Assembly: GCF_001194135.2 (NCBI RefSeq)
Contig: NC_068991.1
Span: 14,041,740-14,076,653 of the forward strand
DNA length: 34,914 bases
Source of the DNA: Octopus bimaculoides
Lineage: Eukaryota
Direction of reading: 5' to 3'
The notes under the pieces: model-generated
Seen by the model: only the letters and a program-made list of their open reading frames with translations
Database searches by the model: none
Told to the model about the DNA's origin: nothing
Part shown: positions 11,561 through 22,899 of the stretch, in pieces
Layout: every line of letters begins with the position of its first letter
Numbering within the stretch: position 1 is the first letter of the stretch
Made by a program: the position numbers and the translations under genes

Positions 11561-11613
11561 GAAGATTTTCAGATCGAAGATTTTCAGATCGAAGATTTTC
11601 AGATCGAAGATTT
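11561..11613 (+). repeat. 15-bp tandem repeat GAAGATTTTCAGATC x3.5
   Basis: Directly visible perfect copies. Confidence 0.95.
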
Positions 11614-12189
11614 GGTCTGAATGTTTGCAGCTGAGTGGTTCTACTAAAAGCACCAGCAGGACATGCATTAGTATTAATACGAGCAACGTGTTAGGTATAC
11701 CAACAAAACTTCAGCAACCGTCTACCCGTCGAACTTTCACAGTTTCCCTTTACCAAATTTCTTTCACAAGGCTTGGATTGACCCGAGGATATGACCAAAA
11801 AAAAATACTCCAGTTACGACGCAGTGGAATCGAACCTCAACCATCGTGATAACAATGCGATTTCATTAGCTACGTGACCATCACTGTTTCCAGTTTATAC
11901 AATGGTTTTAACTGTGGTATTATGATGACAAGTGGCCTAACGGTTAGAGTGTTCAGCTTGTTATAGAAGATTGCGGGTTCATTTATTGGACTGAGTAGTG
12001 TTGTATTTTTGAGTAAAGCATTTCATTTCAAGTTGCCCCAGTTCAGCTGTGTGCTGGTACAGCTCTCTCACTCTCCAGCTATCATATCCTGGATTTGTTG
12101 CTGGGTCAAGAGGTAAGGGGCCCAAGATGATCTCTATTTCTACCTGTGTCTGCATAAGTTCCTAAAACAATTAGCAAAAGCATGGTACA

Positions 12190-14000
12190 TGTTATGATGC
12201 TACACATCTCGTGAGTCGGTCTGCTGCTCTTCTGTATTTTGTATACTATGAAGTATCCTGGGTTTATTTTATTCTCCTCAATGCCCTGTGTGTAGATAGT
12301 GACATCATTCATACAATACTCAGTTCTCTGTTTCATTAGGTAGAAATTCCATGCTTGATATAGTCTTAGATGGAAAAACCTGCTGATCTACAGCAGCAAG
12401 AAATGAAGAAGGAGGTGTCTATAAAAAGTTCTGGTAATATATCGGTCCCGGGGTCTGAGATGCATGGAGGATTCTATAAATATTTGATGGGCACTCCCCT
12501 ATAAAAAGAACGACCAAAAAAACTCTCAAGCCCCTTTGAACTCTGAGAGGAGGCGTCCCCGGGAACCCTAAGAAATCTCAGAGGTCCTGGGAGAAGGTAC
12601 TTCTATATGTTCTATCAACCTTTTAGAAACAACAGCGAAATCTCACTCGAATCACGATCTATCGACTTAGAAAAAACAAAAGAGACATTCGCCAATGTAG
12701 CCCCTGATATGTAAAGAGATGGAAGGGTCACGTCTAGGCTGGAATATCTTTGATAGCATGGTTCTACTTTATCAAAGATGACCTGATGCTAAATATTAGC
12801 AAACCATTGAAAAACCTCTTTAGGTACATTCCTTTGATAAGAGCTAACGCAGGGAGAGAAGGGGTCACTAATCGGTCGATCAACTTGTTAGACGTAGCAG
12901 CCAAATCTCCCTCAAATCCAACACTAGCATCTTAAAGTGGTATGGACAATGTAATTTTAGAAAACGAGATGCACTTAATTCGAACTCAACCCCTTCATTT
13001 CTTTTTCATAGTTCTGCGTTGATGACCGGACGTATTATCTCCCTTGAATTTTCTAACTTGCATAGATAGTCATGATTGAGATGACGTAATAATTAGATAT
13101 TTTCAAATTTTAGAAAATGTCGAGGCTTCTTAAATCTATTATTTAAAATCTTCATTTAATTTACTTCATTGAAAATATTTCTTTATTGGTAATAAAAAGA
13201 AAACTGTAATAGAATTTCTGCCCCGGTGCATGTGTATTCATTCATAACATTCGTTTTGTTAATTACTTGACCTATGTTAATAACTCCTTAGTTTACTAAA
13301 CGCTCCCTTTGTTGGTTTCTAAGAACAATAGACTCCCTTCGTTTGTTCAATATACGCTTCAGTTTGCCATTGTAAGTGAGCGTCCCAGATTTGGCTTTGT
13401 AGTGGCTTACACTTCCGCTTCATAGATTCTGTATTGGTGTGGCTCGACTGTGATTTTGAGAACAAATTTTGTACTTTCGATATACATGTAAGATACTAAA
13501 GTACGTTCCCTGACGGTTGTTGGACAACAGAAAATGTTCCCTACCAACAACAAAAAGGAAAACAAAAGCAGAAGCGTATTTCGAAGTCAAAACGTAAAAG
13601 AAAGATAGAGAGAGAAAAAAAAAAAGAGAGAAAGAAAGAGAGAGAGAGAAGAGGGAGAGAGAGCGGGAGAGAGAGAACAGGAAAAAGTGTTAACACTGTA
13701 TGAAATCTAGAAGAAGCAACAACGGTGATTAGAGAAATGTGATATTCATTCCATTGTCAATTTATATGTAAAGACTTCAATTAAATTTTGAAGAAATTTC
13801 AGAGAAAAAACACAAAGGCGATATACAATGTTTTGGGTTTGCTGCGGTAAAAACACTCGAACACTACCCCGTGAGTTTTATTTTTTCTTTCTTTATCTAA
13901 AAGTTATATTTTATTAATTTTCTGATATTAGTCATTCACCTGCGGCCAGGCTGGGGTAGCATTTTTTGAGGGATTTTTAAAGTTGATTTTATCGATCACA
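12190..14000 (-). mobile_element. Decayed Penelope-like element, copy 1 of a duplicated block
   Basis: Minus strand: QNIVY (13821-13832), NHRCCF (13713-13730), SRATP, KCK, RILNKRRE...RERLVN (13333-13353). Order and spacing fit a GIY-YIG endonuclease. Homologous to 22900-24460. The identity of the 12190-12950 part is uncertain. Confidence 0.55.
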
Positions 14001-14057
14001 GTAACTTGTCTAGTACTAACCCTTTCCATTAAATTTCTGGCTTATTGATCACATTAG

Positions 14058-14059
14058 AA

Positions 14060-14143
<84 letters not shown>

Positions 14144-14153
14144 AATAATAATA

Positions 14154-14167
<14 letters not shown>
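14058..14167. repeat. Compound trinucleotide array (ATT)n(GTT)n(AAT)n(GAT)n
   Basis: Directly visible. Confidence 0.97.
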
Positions 14168-14185
<18 letters not shown>

Positions 14186-14214
14186 AATAGGGTCTACGCA
14201 ATCAATTACTTGCA

Positions 14215-14575
14215 GCCAAGGAAGTTACTGGAAAAAATAGGTGGGAATGGCTGATGAAAGGAACACTAAAATAAGAGACCGGCAGCGCTATACTTGTAAC
14301 GCATGGCCAAGCTTTGGCCACGAACTGGAGGGACAACATAGTTCATGGGCAAGTGTCTCCGCTGTGCCGCATCTGCAATAGAGTGGATGAAATCATTGCC
14401 CATATCACGAACGAATGCCCTAGAGTTTCCCAAAACCACAAGTCGTGGCGACACGATCAAGTAGTGCTGCATTGGAAACTGTGGGAAAAGTGGGGACTAC
14501 AGAGAGTTAAGACGTGGTGTGAGCACAACCCGCAGAGAGCGGTAGAGTCGGGGACTAGCAAAATCCTCTGGATCA
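14215..14575 (+). mobile_element. R4/Dong-like LINE C-terminal fragment (CCHC zinc knuckle region)
   Basis: RWEWLMKGTLK*ETGSAILVTHGQALATN...LCRICNRVDEIIAHITNEC...RHDQV...HWKL...WCEHNP...KILW. Confidence 0.88.
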
Positions 14576-14589
14576 GGTGCTAGAGCAAA

Positions 14590-16722
14590 ACAGAGCTAAA
14601 AACAAAGAAAAAGAAGACAGGATGATGACAGAAGTAAAAATGAGAACAAAAACAAACGAGAGTCCTCAAGTAAAACGAAAAAAGTTAGCCAAAATGCAAA
14701 GACACAAATAGTTAGGAAGTGCACATAAGTGTGTCTATTCTTTCTACGCGGTATCTGCTGGCATGGAGATGACGGTGCAAACTGCCGCTTCTTGTACCAA
14801 CAACTATGCCACAGGCAGAACAAAAGCAAGAACTCCTCCCCATCCCAAGGACCAAAAGACAAAGGAAGGCTCCAAAGGGAAAAAAGTCACGCATCTCTCG
14901 CATCAAAACTAAAATATGTTGATGTAATGCGCACTACCTCTAAAAGCCAGCCCTATCTAGAAGCTGTCACAAGGGCTGCAGCTAAGCAACAATCTTTTTT
15001 ATGCATGGCTCAAAACACTGCGTAACAAGTGACCTGGCTTCATGAGTTCCAGTGTCGGAGCCATCCCCACTAACATGCAAGACGACACAGCCAATGGATC
15101 CAGGGTGGCCACCCCTGGCATCATAAGAAGATTGTTACAACTCAGTAACAGAACCCAAATTACTTTCTTGAGAGACCTTGTGGTATGCTATCAAGCCTTA
15201 TGCATAGCACTCACCGAATCGCACCAAAAATCCTGACATGCAGAAATACAGATATCAAAGTGTGTTGTATTACGAAGCGACAGAAACGACAGGAGTCATG
15301 GTACAACTGTGAAGATCTCACGCCTCAGATCCCTTTGTCACATTCAAACTCAGTGTGTGACACACTAATTGAACATATAAGTCAACTCAATATAGTTATA
15401 TGTACTACACATCGCCCGCTAGATGCGCCAAATTACAAGAATAGAAGAGGTCTTAACCAAATTAAACAAACTAGAAGAGCACTTCAGTGTACTTCTCATA
15501 GGAGACTTCAGCCTACCCAATATGAAATGGCCTGAAGGCATTTTCCTCTCAGGAATGACGCGATGTGAGCAAAAATAGGTGTAATCCCTGTTCAACTTCA
15601 TTAACAAGTTAAACATATGGCAAATTATACTCCAACCGACCAGGGCAAGCAATATACTTGACCTCTGCTTCACAAACAATATGGATATCATCCATAATGT
15701 GAAAGTGACATAGATGGTAGTCTCGGATCAGAATGTGTATGGACCAAGGGAACCTACAGACATGCAGCTTATGAGAAGTAACCAAAATCTTTCCAATCTG
15801 AACTATCACAAAGCAGACTGGAAATCAATTGAGAAAGAGATCACCAAATAGGACTGGTTCTAATCTCTCTCTACACCTGACAAAAATTTTCATCTCCATA
15901 CTGCAAGCCATATCCTGCAATGTTGTCCCAGAGAGAAGGGCCACTGCACATAAAAACAAAATTCCCAGAGAAAAGTTCAAGAGACGGCGTGCAAAGATTG
16001 CAAACCGCCTCAACCAGAAACTCAACGGCAGTGAAAAATTCCGATTGGAGATTGAGAAACATTTAAAATGCTCTCATGAAAAAGAAAGAGCAAAGAAGGC
16101 TGGGTCATGAAAAATGAAAAATCAAACCCTAAAGCCTTTTTTTAAGTGCGCCAAGGAAACTGTCTCTGTGCGTTGCAAGGTAGGGTCACTCCTGCAAAAA
16201 GATGGTTCCCTCACTGGAAACCCAATGAGGATAAGTGAAACAATGAATGAACAATTCAAAAGTACCCTCAGCGCAATCCCACAGCACATGAAATTTAGTA
16301 AACCTGTAGAATTTTTTACCACTACAGAAGCAGAAAGGGAGACAGTAACAATTGATTACATCAACATCAAAGAAGAGGGTATAATACTGGAAATAGATTA
16401 TACAGACGCAAACTCAACTGCTGGTTCCAATGGATTCCCTGCAGTCTCCAAGTCATTCAAACGAGTCCTTGCAAAACCACTGCAGCTTCTTCAGAGTTTC
16501 CTTACATATGGAAGCTCCCGGGAAAATTGAAGGAGGAAATAACATGCTGTATTCATAACGGAGGAAGCAGAGCAGATGTTAAAACTATAGGCCTATCTCT
16601 CTGACCTTACAGAACAGCAAAGACATGGAACGAATAGTCCGAAGAAAATAAATTGCGTTCCTTGAAGAGTATGACATGCTGACTGACACGCAGCTCGGTC
16701 TTCGACCAGGTAGAAGCTGCTG
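14590..16722 (+). mobile_element. CR1-like LINE, 3'-truncated: ORF1 CCCH finger, APE endonuclease, start of RT
   Basis: CLFFLRGICWHG..GANCRF (14729-14800), VICTTHRP, IGDFSLPNMKW (~15498), PTRASNILDLCFTN, SDQ, HKADW, KPFF, STAGSNGFPA, LAKPL, NYRPISLT (~16583), DTQLGLRPGRSC (to ~16720). Confidence 0.88.
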
Positions 16723-16854
16723 TAATTTAGTTATCCATAGTCCGATGATATTTCGGAACACAATTCCTTCTACAGATATTCTTAGATGGAGTCGCTGCTA
16801 TAATCGGTCTCCAATCACTACTTGACAACAAGTGCTGGTGTGTTTACAATCCCG

Positions 16855-17010
16855 TAAATTAGCGGTTCAGTAAAAGAGAACGAAAAGTTAAGTACCAGGC
16901 TTAAAGACAAAATAAATGCTAAGATCGATTAGTTCGACTAAAAATTCCTCAATGCGCTGCCCCAGTATGGCCGCTGTCTAATGACTGAAACAAGTAAAAT
17001 ATAAAAGGGA
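16855..17010 (+). mobile_element. SINE 3' portion (diverged)
   Basis: TCGATTAGTTCGACTAAAA...CCCCAGTATGGCCGC...ATGACTGAAACAAGTAAAA...ATAAAAG tail. Related diverged copies lie at ~17690-17830, ~27370-27500 and ~33610-33730. Confidence 0.65.
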
Positions 17011-18339
17011 TAAAAAATATTTTTAAAATCTTAAGCACAATTCTTGACAGTCAGAAAGGTCTTCATAACTTAAAAATTTATCAATTATAAAACTTCAAAA
17101 ATAATAAAATGACACAAACCTTTTCGTATTATGTAAACGCTTTCGCTGTTCTCAGCTTTTCAAACACACGTGTGTGGCACCTCGAACAAGTTTTTTCTAC
17201 TATAGCCGCATTCCCACCAGTGCTTTGTGAGTGAATTTGAGAGACGTAAACTGTTTGGAAGTCTGTCGTATACATATGCACCGGCCTACATTGCTGCATG
17301 CATACATACATGCATACATACATTCATACTTACATGCATACATACAAGCATACATACATAATACATACATACATACATACGTACGTACGTACGTACATAC
17401 ATGTATACATAGATCTATCTATTCATACACGTATATATATNNNNNNNNNNNNNNNNNNNNNNNNNNNNNNNNNNNNNNNNNNNNNNNNNNNNNNNNNNNN
17501 NNNNNNNNNNNNNNNNNNNNNNNNNNNNNNNNNNNNNNNNNNNNNNNNNNNNNNNNNNNNATATATATATATATATATACATAAACGTATATATGTGAGT
17601 GCGTGTGCGAGTGTCTGTGTGGGTGTAAGCGTATGTGCGTGCGTCGTGTATGCCTTTGTCCCTGGCCCTCTCGTCACTGCTTCACAAACGGTATTGCTTT
17701 ATTGACGTCCAGGTAACTTAGTTTACGCAGCAGACTTTGAGAAGTACGTACTGGGTTCGATTTATTTCAGTAATACCTTCAAGGCGGCGCCTCTCTATGT
17801 CGGCAGTGAAATGAGTGGAGCAAGGAATGAAAGGCAAAAAGTAATTCTTAGTAAGAAGTTAAACGTAATGTTTATTAAATGTCTTGGTCATTGAAAAAGC
17901 ACATTTACAAACAACAGTACATTTCTAACGATATACAAGTTTCTTCATCCCGCTTTCATAAACCATTTTGCCTTTAGAAGAAGACAAAAACTGGCCTCCG
18001 TCTCTCCTTCATCTCTTATATTGCCGAACTGTTTGTTCTGCACGTAATTGTCTGACTACGAAAGAAGATAATACTGGCTTGAAGAAATATCTTGAGAATA
18101 GGGTCAGTGCGAAAGTACATGCCACCCTGAAGCAGAAATCATCCGTCTCATGGGCTAAATTTACAATATGAAGCCTTGTAATTCTTCTGTAAAAATATCC
18201 CTCTCTTCTAATTAATTCACTCTGCTTGGTTCTGAAGTAAACTATCCTGCAGACACTTGATTTGCATCGAGAACATTTCAGTTGCAACAATTGGACTCGT
18301 AATGAGAAATACACAGAAGACACTGGCTGTTGTTGTTCA

Positions 18340-18390
<51 letters not shown>

Positions 18391-18671
18391 GCATGGTCTT
18401 GTAGCGGTATATGTGCATGCGTGCGGGTGAGTGTGACTGTGTGTTGTCGGTGCGTGCCTGTGTATGTGCGTGTGTGTGTATGTGTACAAACGTATACTTA
18501 CATATATATGCAAATATTTACATACATACATGCATGCATATACATATATATATAGGTAAAGTAAAATTTAGAGGTAATACTTGACAATTGTAAGCACCTG
18601 TGTATGCCAGCTCGTGGTTGAGGTGAAAGAATAAATTGTAAATCCAAAAAATAACAGCAAAATACAAAGGA

Positions 18672-18744
18672 TTCTGCGGTACACGTGTTTCAAGCTTTAT
18701 ATCAGTGTATAATTTACAATACAAAGCTATCTTCAGCCGCAAAA
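18672..18744 (-). ncRNA. Minimal type-I hammerhead ribozyme (copy A)
   Basis: Exact reverse complement of 18959-19031. Confidence 0.85.
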
Positions 18745-18958
18745 GTATTTCTCTCCCAGGAAATTACATCACATCGGCGTTAAATGAGGAAGAAAGGTGT
18801 GATATAAGAGGTGAAGTTCCTTTCGGTATTTTGTATAGTACTGTACCTCGTATAATTCCCCATTTACACATAATTTCTTCGGTCCTCCGAAAACCGTCCA
18901 TACCTTGCCACGATTCAGTGTGTAGTGACGTGATGTAATTTTCCTGGGAGAGAAATAC

Positions 18959-19031
18959 TTTTGCGGCTGAAGATAGCTTTGTATTGTAAATTATACACTG
19001 ATATAAAGCTTGAAACACGTGTACCGCAGAA
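18959..19031 (+). ncRNA. Minimal type-I hammerhead ribozyme (copy B)
   Basis: Stem I TTTTGCGG/CCGCAGAA; core CTGAAGA (18967-73); stem II AGCTTTGTAT/ATATAAAGCT; GAAAC (19012-16); palindromic stem III ACACGTGT; GUA triplet, predicted cleavage after 19023. Only deviation: U.U instead of R-Y at 10.1/11.1. Confidence 0.85.
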
Positions 19032-19629
19032 TCCTTTGTATTTTTGCTGTTATTTTTTGGATTTACAATTTATATATATAGATAGATAGATACATACACG
19101 CTAATATTAGTTTGTCAAGGGAAATTCGTTTGTTTCTTCTTTGTTTTTGGCAAATGTGTTTTAATCGTGATTTTTCATCAAGAGTTTTGGCAAATCAGTC
19201 ACTAACATTCTCCTTTATAGTTCACGATTTCTTGCCAACTTTCTAGTAGTTTATCAATGCTTTGACAATAGAAATTTCCCAGGTCTTGACTCGGACAATT
19301 CCTCAAGACAGGTTTTCACCTCCACGTCGATATTGAACGAAATGCATCGTAGACTGCTAGAGAGCGACGGAAAGAGGTAATAATTTGAAGGCTCTACATC
19401 AGAAAAATATGTTGGGTGCAGTAAGAGTTACCCACCGTTCTCTTGGCCAATACTTTAGTTGTGACTTAGGGCGGGCGATGTCATGTTAGAGAAGTACACC
19501 GTATCACCGGTAGGGTCATTTCAGCTGATCTGGTGCATTTGCTGAACGTAAAGTTCTACATTGCTTATGTAGTTGTTTATTTTTAAACATTTCCATGAGT
19601 AATACAGTTCTATATTTAAGAGATTAGGA

Positions 19630-19790
19630 ATTATGTACACTATTTACATTTGACGGATATTTGTCTTCATCTTGTTTGTTGTTAACACAACGTTTCGGCT
19701 GATACATCCTCCAGCCTTCATCACGTGTCTTGGGGGGAAATTTCGAACCTGGGTTCTCATTCCTAAGGTATTTTTCGATGTTACTATTAT
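19630..19790 (-). mobile_element. PLE-associated pLTR-like repeat carrying a hammerhead motif
   Basis: Contains the HHR motif at 19684-19730; ends in an (ATT)n tract. Confidence 0.55.
19684..19730 (-). ncRNA. Minimal hammerhead motif with a C3>G core substitution
   Basis: Minus strand GACAC-GTGATGA-A-GGCTG-GAGGATGTAT-CAGCC-GAAAC-GT-T-GTGTT: stem I GACAC/GTGTT, stem II GGCTG/CAGCC, ACGT palindrome as stem III, GUU triplet. Confidence 0.75.
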
Positions 19791-20564
19791 TATTATTCAT
19801 AAACAAACCAAACGAAAACAAATAGGGAGGGCCGTTAGGCCAGACGAGGTAAGGTAGCGAACGCTGGAGGAATACGCTTTGATAAGAGAAATGATAGGAG
19901 AGGAGACAGATAAGAATGCGTCTGGTCTGTGCGACAGACTGAAGGAAAAGAAAGATGATCGCGTGAGATGAATATATATATATNNNNNNNNNNNNNNNNN
20001 NNNNNNNNNNNNNNNNNNNNNNNNNNNNNNNNNNNNNNNNNNNNNNNNNNNNNNNNNNNNNNNNNNNNNNNNNNNNNNNNNNNNNNNNNNNNNNNNNNNN
20101 NNNNNNNNNNNNNNNNNNNNNNNNNNNNNNNNNNNNNNNNNNNNNNNNNNNNNNNNNNNNNNNNNNNNNNNNNNNNNNNNNNNNNNNNNNNNNNNNNNNN
20201 NNNNNNNNNNNNNNNNNNNNNNNNNNNNNNNNNNNNNNNNNNNNNNNNNNNNNNNNNNNNNNNNNNNNNNNNNNNNNNNNNNNNNNNNNNNNNNNNNNNN
20301 NNNNNNNNNNNNNNNNNNNNNNNNNNNNNNNNNNNNNNNNNNNNNNNNNNNNNNNNNNNNNNNNNNNNNNNNNNNNNNNNNNNNNNNNNNNNNNNNNNNN
20401 NNNNNNNNNNNNNNNNNNNTATATATATGTATGTATGTATGTATATGTATGTATGTATGTATGTATGTACGTACATACATACATACATACATACACACAT
20501 AAAGACATACATATATGTATGTGGCTTTATATACATTTATCCACAAAAACAAATATTTATATAT

Positions 20565-20655
20565 AGACGCAGGAGTGGCTGTATGATAAGAAGTTAGCTT
20601 TCCAAGCTCATGTGTCTTCTACTGTAACCTCGCACCGCCTAAAGCTTTGTGAGTA
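20565..20655 (+). mobile_element. Internally deleted tRNA-head SINE remnant
   Basis: GCAGGAGTGGCTGT...AAG...GTGTCTTCTACT...AAAGCTTTGTGAGT, a recognisable SINE head/body pattern. Confidence 0.45.
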
Positions 20656-21445
20656 TGCATGTATGTATGTATATATGGATGTATGTTGTGTGTGTGTGTG
20701 TTTGTGGCCTTAAAAAATGAGTTTTAGATTTGATCCGTTTGGCTAAAATTCATCAATTTATAAGCCACACTCTAATCCCTAAAGCAATTCAAAGAAAAGA
20801 TAAAAGATATATACACACATACAAACATATATTTATGTATTTGTTCATTTCGAAATCTAGCCACCTGGCTTTACTGCACTTCGTTGATAAGATGTAACAG
20901 GATTAAAACATAGCTGTTACTTTCGAAAATTCATTAATTCTCTATTTTGACTGCTCTGTTTTTATTTTCCAAGAATTTTGATTAATTCGCATTATTTGAG
21001 TTGTTATTTACTGTTTATGCAATTTTATGTGGTACTCCTGAAGGAACTTTGGTGAGAATTGTGTCTTTTAATTACAATGATAATCACAGCCAATGAAAAA
21101 TTTCGGGTTGAATATATCATAGATTCGTGGGTATCTACAGAATGGGAGTGTGTGCATGTATGTGTGTCCACATGAGTGTGTATCTGACTATGCGTTGTGT
21201 TTGTGTGCGAGTGCGTATGTGTGTGTATGTGTGTGTGCGTGTATGTGTGTGTGTATGTGTGTATGTGGATGTATGGATCTCTGTATGTGTGTGTGTAAGT
21301 GCGTGTATGTGTGTGTGTATGTGTGTATGTGGGTGTATGGATGTGTATGTGTGTGTGTGAATATAAATGAACAATATGATTGATGAGCAATTCCTCAGGC
21401 TAGCTCTCTGCATAATAAATACATACACACACACACACACACACG

Positions 21446-21515
<70 letters not shown>

Positions 21516-21527
21516 CTAATGAATACA

Positions 21528-21558
<31 letters not shown>

Positions 21559-22072
21559 NNNNNNNNNNNNNNNNNNNNNNNNNNNNNNNNNNNNNNNNNN
21601 NNNNNNNNNNNNNNNNNNNNNNNNNNNNNNNNNNNNNNNNNNNNNNNNNNNNNNNNNNNNNNNNNNNNNNNNNNNNNNNNNNNNNNNNNNNNNNNNNNNN
21701 NNNNNNNNNNNNNNNNNNNNNNNNNNNNNNNNNNNNNNNNNNNNNNNNNNNNNNNNNNNNNNNNNNNNNNNNNNNNNNNNNNNNNNNNNNNNNNNNNNNN
21801 NNNNNNNNNNNNNNNNNNNNNNNNNNNNNNNNNNNNNNNNNNNNNNNNNNNNNNNNNNNNNNNNNNNNNNNNNNNNNNNNNNNNNNNNNNNNNNNNNNNN
21901 NNNNNNNNNNNNNNNNNNNNNNNNNNNNNNNNNNNNNNNNNNNNNNNNNNNNNNNNNNNNNNNNNNNNNNNNNNNNNNNNNNNNNNNNNNNNNNNNNNNN
22001 NNNNNNNNNNNNNNNNNNNNNNNNNNNNNNNNNNNNNNNNNNNNNNNNNNNNNNNNNNNNNNNNNNNNNNNN

Positions 22073-22421
22073 AGGGTTTCAGTTGATCCGATCAACGGAA
22101 CAGCCTGCTCGTGAAATTAACGTGCAAGTGACTGAGCACTCCACAGACACGTGTACCCTTAACGTAGTTCTCGGGGATATACAGCGTGACACAGTGTGAC
22201 AAGGCAGACCCTTTTGAATTACAGGCACAACAGAAACAGGAAGTAAGAGTGAGAGAAAGTTGTGGTGAAAGAGTACAGCAGGGTTCGCCACCACTCCCTG
22301 CCGGAGCCTCGTGGAGCTTTAGGTGTTTTCGCTCAATAAACACAACGCCCGGTCTGGGAATCGAAGCCGCGATCCTATGACCACGAGTCCACTGCCCTAA
22401 CCACTGGGCTATTGTGCCTTC
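22073..22421 (-). mobile_element. tRNA-derived SINE (family 2, long tail type)
   Basis: Minus strand AGGCACAATAGCCCAGTGGTTAGGGCAG (A box) ... GCTTCGATTCCCAGACCGGGCG (B box). Head and body are shared with 26123-26435. Truncated by the gap. Confidence 0.85.
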
Positions 22422-22899
22422 ACAATTAAAAAATAGATGTCAATATAATAAAAATACGCTATTTACCTATGGGTAAATAGCAAGATAATATATTCAAAAT
22501 ACTATATCATCTCTTGTCAAATAACAAATAATATCATAAATTGGTGTTTGTTCCTTCTCGAGCCATGTCTTGCTCATAAGGGCCCGTTTCTTAGTTTCAT
22601 TGGAGTATCGGTTCCTCACCTAGACGGGACGCAGGTGAACTGAAGCAAATATATCATGCTGACTTAGATATCTACCGAAAACCTTTTCTTAAAAAAAATG
22701 TAAACGGACAAAGTTTGACGCATGGGACTTTGGATGCAATTGCAAAAGGAGTCAATTGGAGATGTTTATTTTCCTGTTTAGTTTATCTTGTTGCAATTAT
22801 TGCTTTATTATAATTTTATTTGTTTATTCGAATTTAGTTTTTTGTTTGCTATAGTAGAAGACACTTTTAGCAATGTGTCACGCATTGGGATTGAACCCG

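Larger units (their letters stand above)
18540..19073 (-). mobile_element. Penelope-like 3' end (pseudo-LTR) with an inverted pLTR copy
   Basis: Arms 18631-18772 and 18930-19073 are reverse complements, differing only by two homopolymer indels. The minus-strand spacer reads ..IMCKWGIIRGTVLYK.. then ..RCDVISW.RNTF, resembling the end of a PLE endonuclease. A hammerhead follows. Confidence 0.75.

Noticed and set aside
12778-12806. CTGATGCTAAATATTAGCAAACC (and 23432 CTGATGCTAAAC) as a hammerhead
   Set aside because: Both copies lack the GA of CUGAUGA and the G of GAAA; no stem I or III.
17900-18340. Minus-strand 124-aa ORF (FLYWCH-like or PLE N-terminus?)
   Set aside because: Motif matches are too weak and it starts within a (GT)n array. 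It may belong to the adjacent PLE but cannot be supported.
18590-18700. Minus-strand KHVYRRILCILLLFFGFTIYSF resembling a type II membrane anchor
   Set aside because: No ATG, preceded by a stop, and it overlaps the hammerhead/pLTR, which explains the sequence.
22330-22421. tRNA-like sequences (also 26123-26200 and the family-1 SINE heads) as tRNA genes
   Set aside because: They continue into SINE bodies and lack a proper acceptor stem or cloverleaf.
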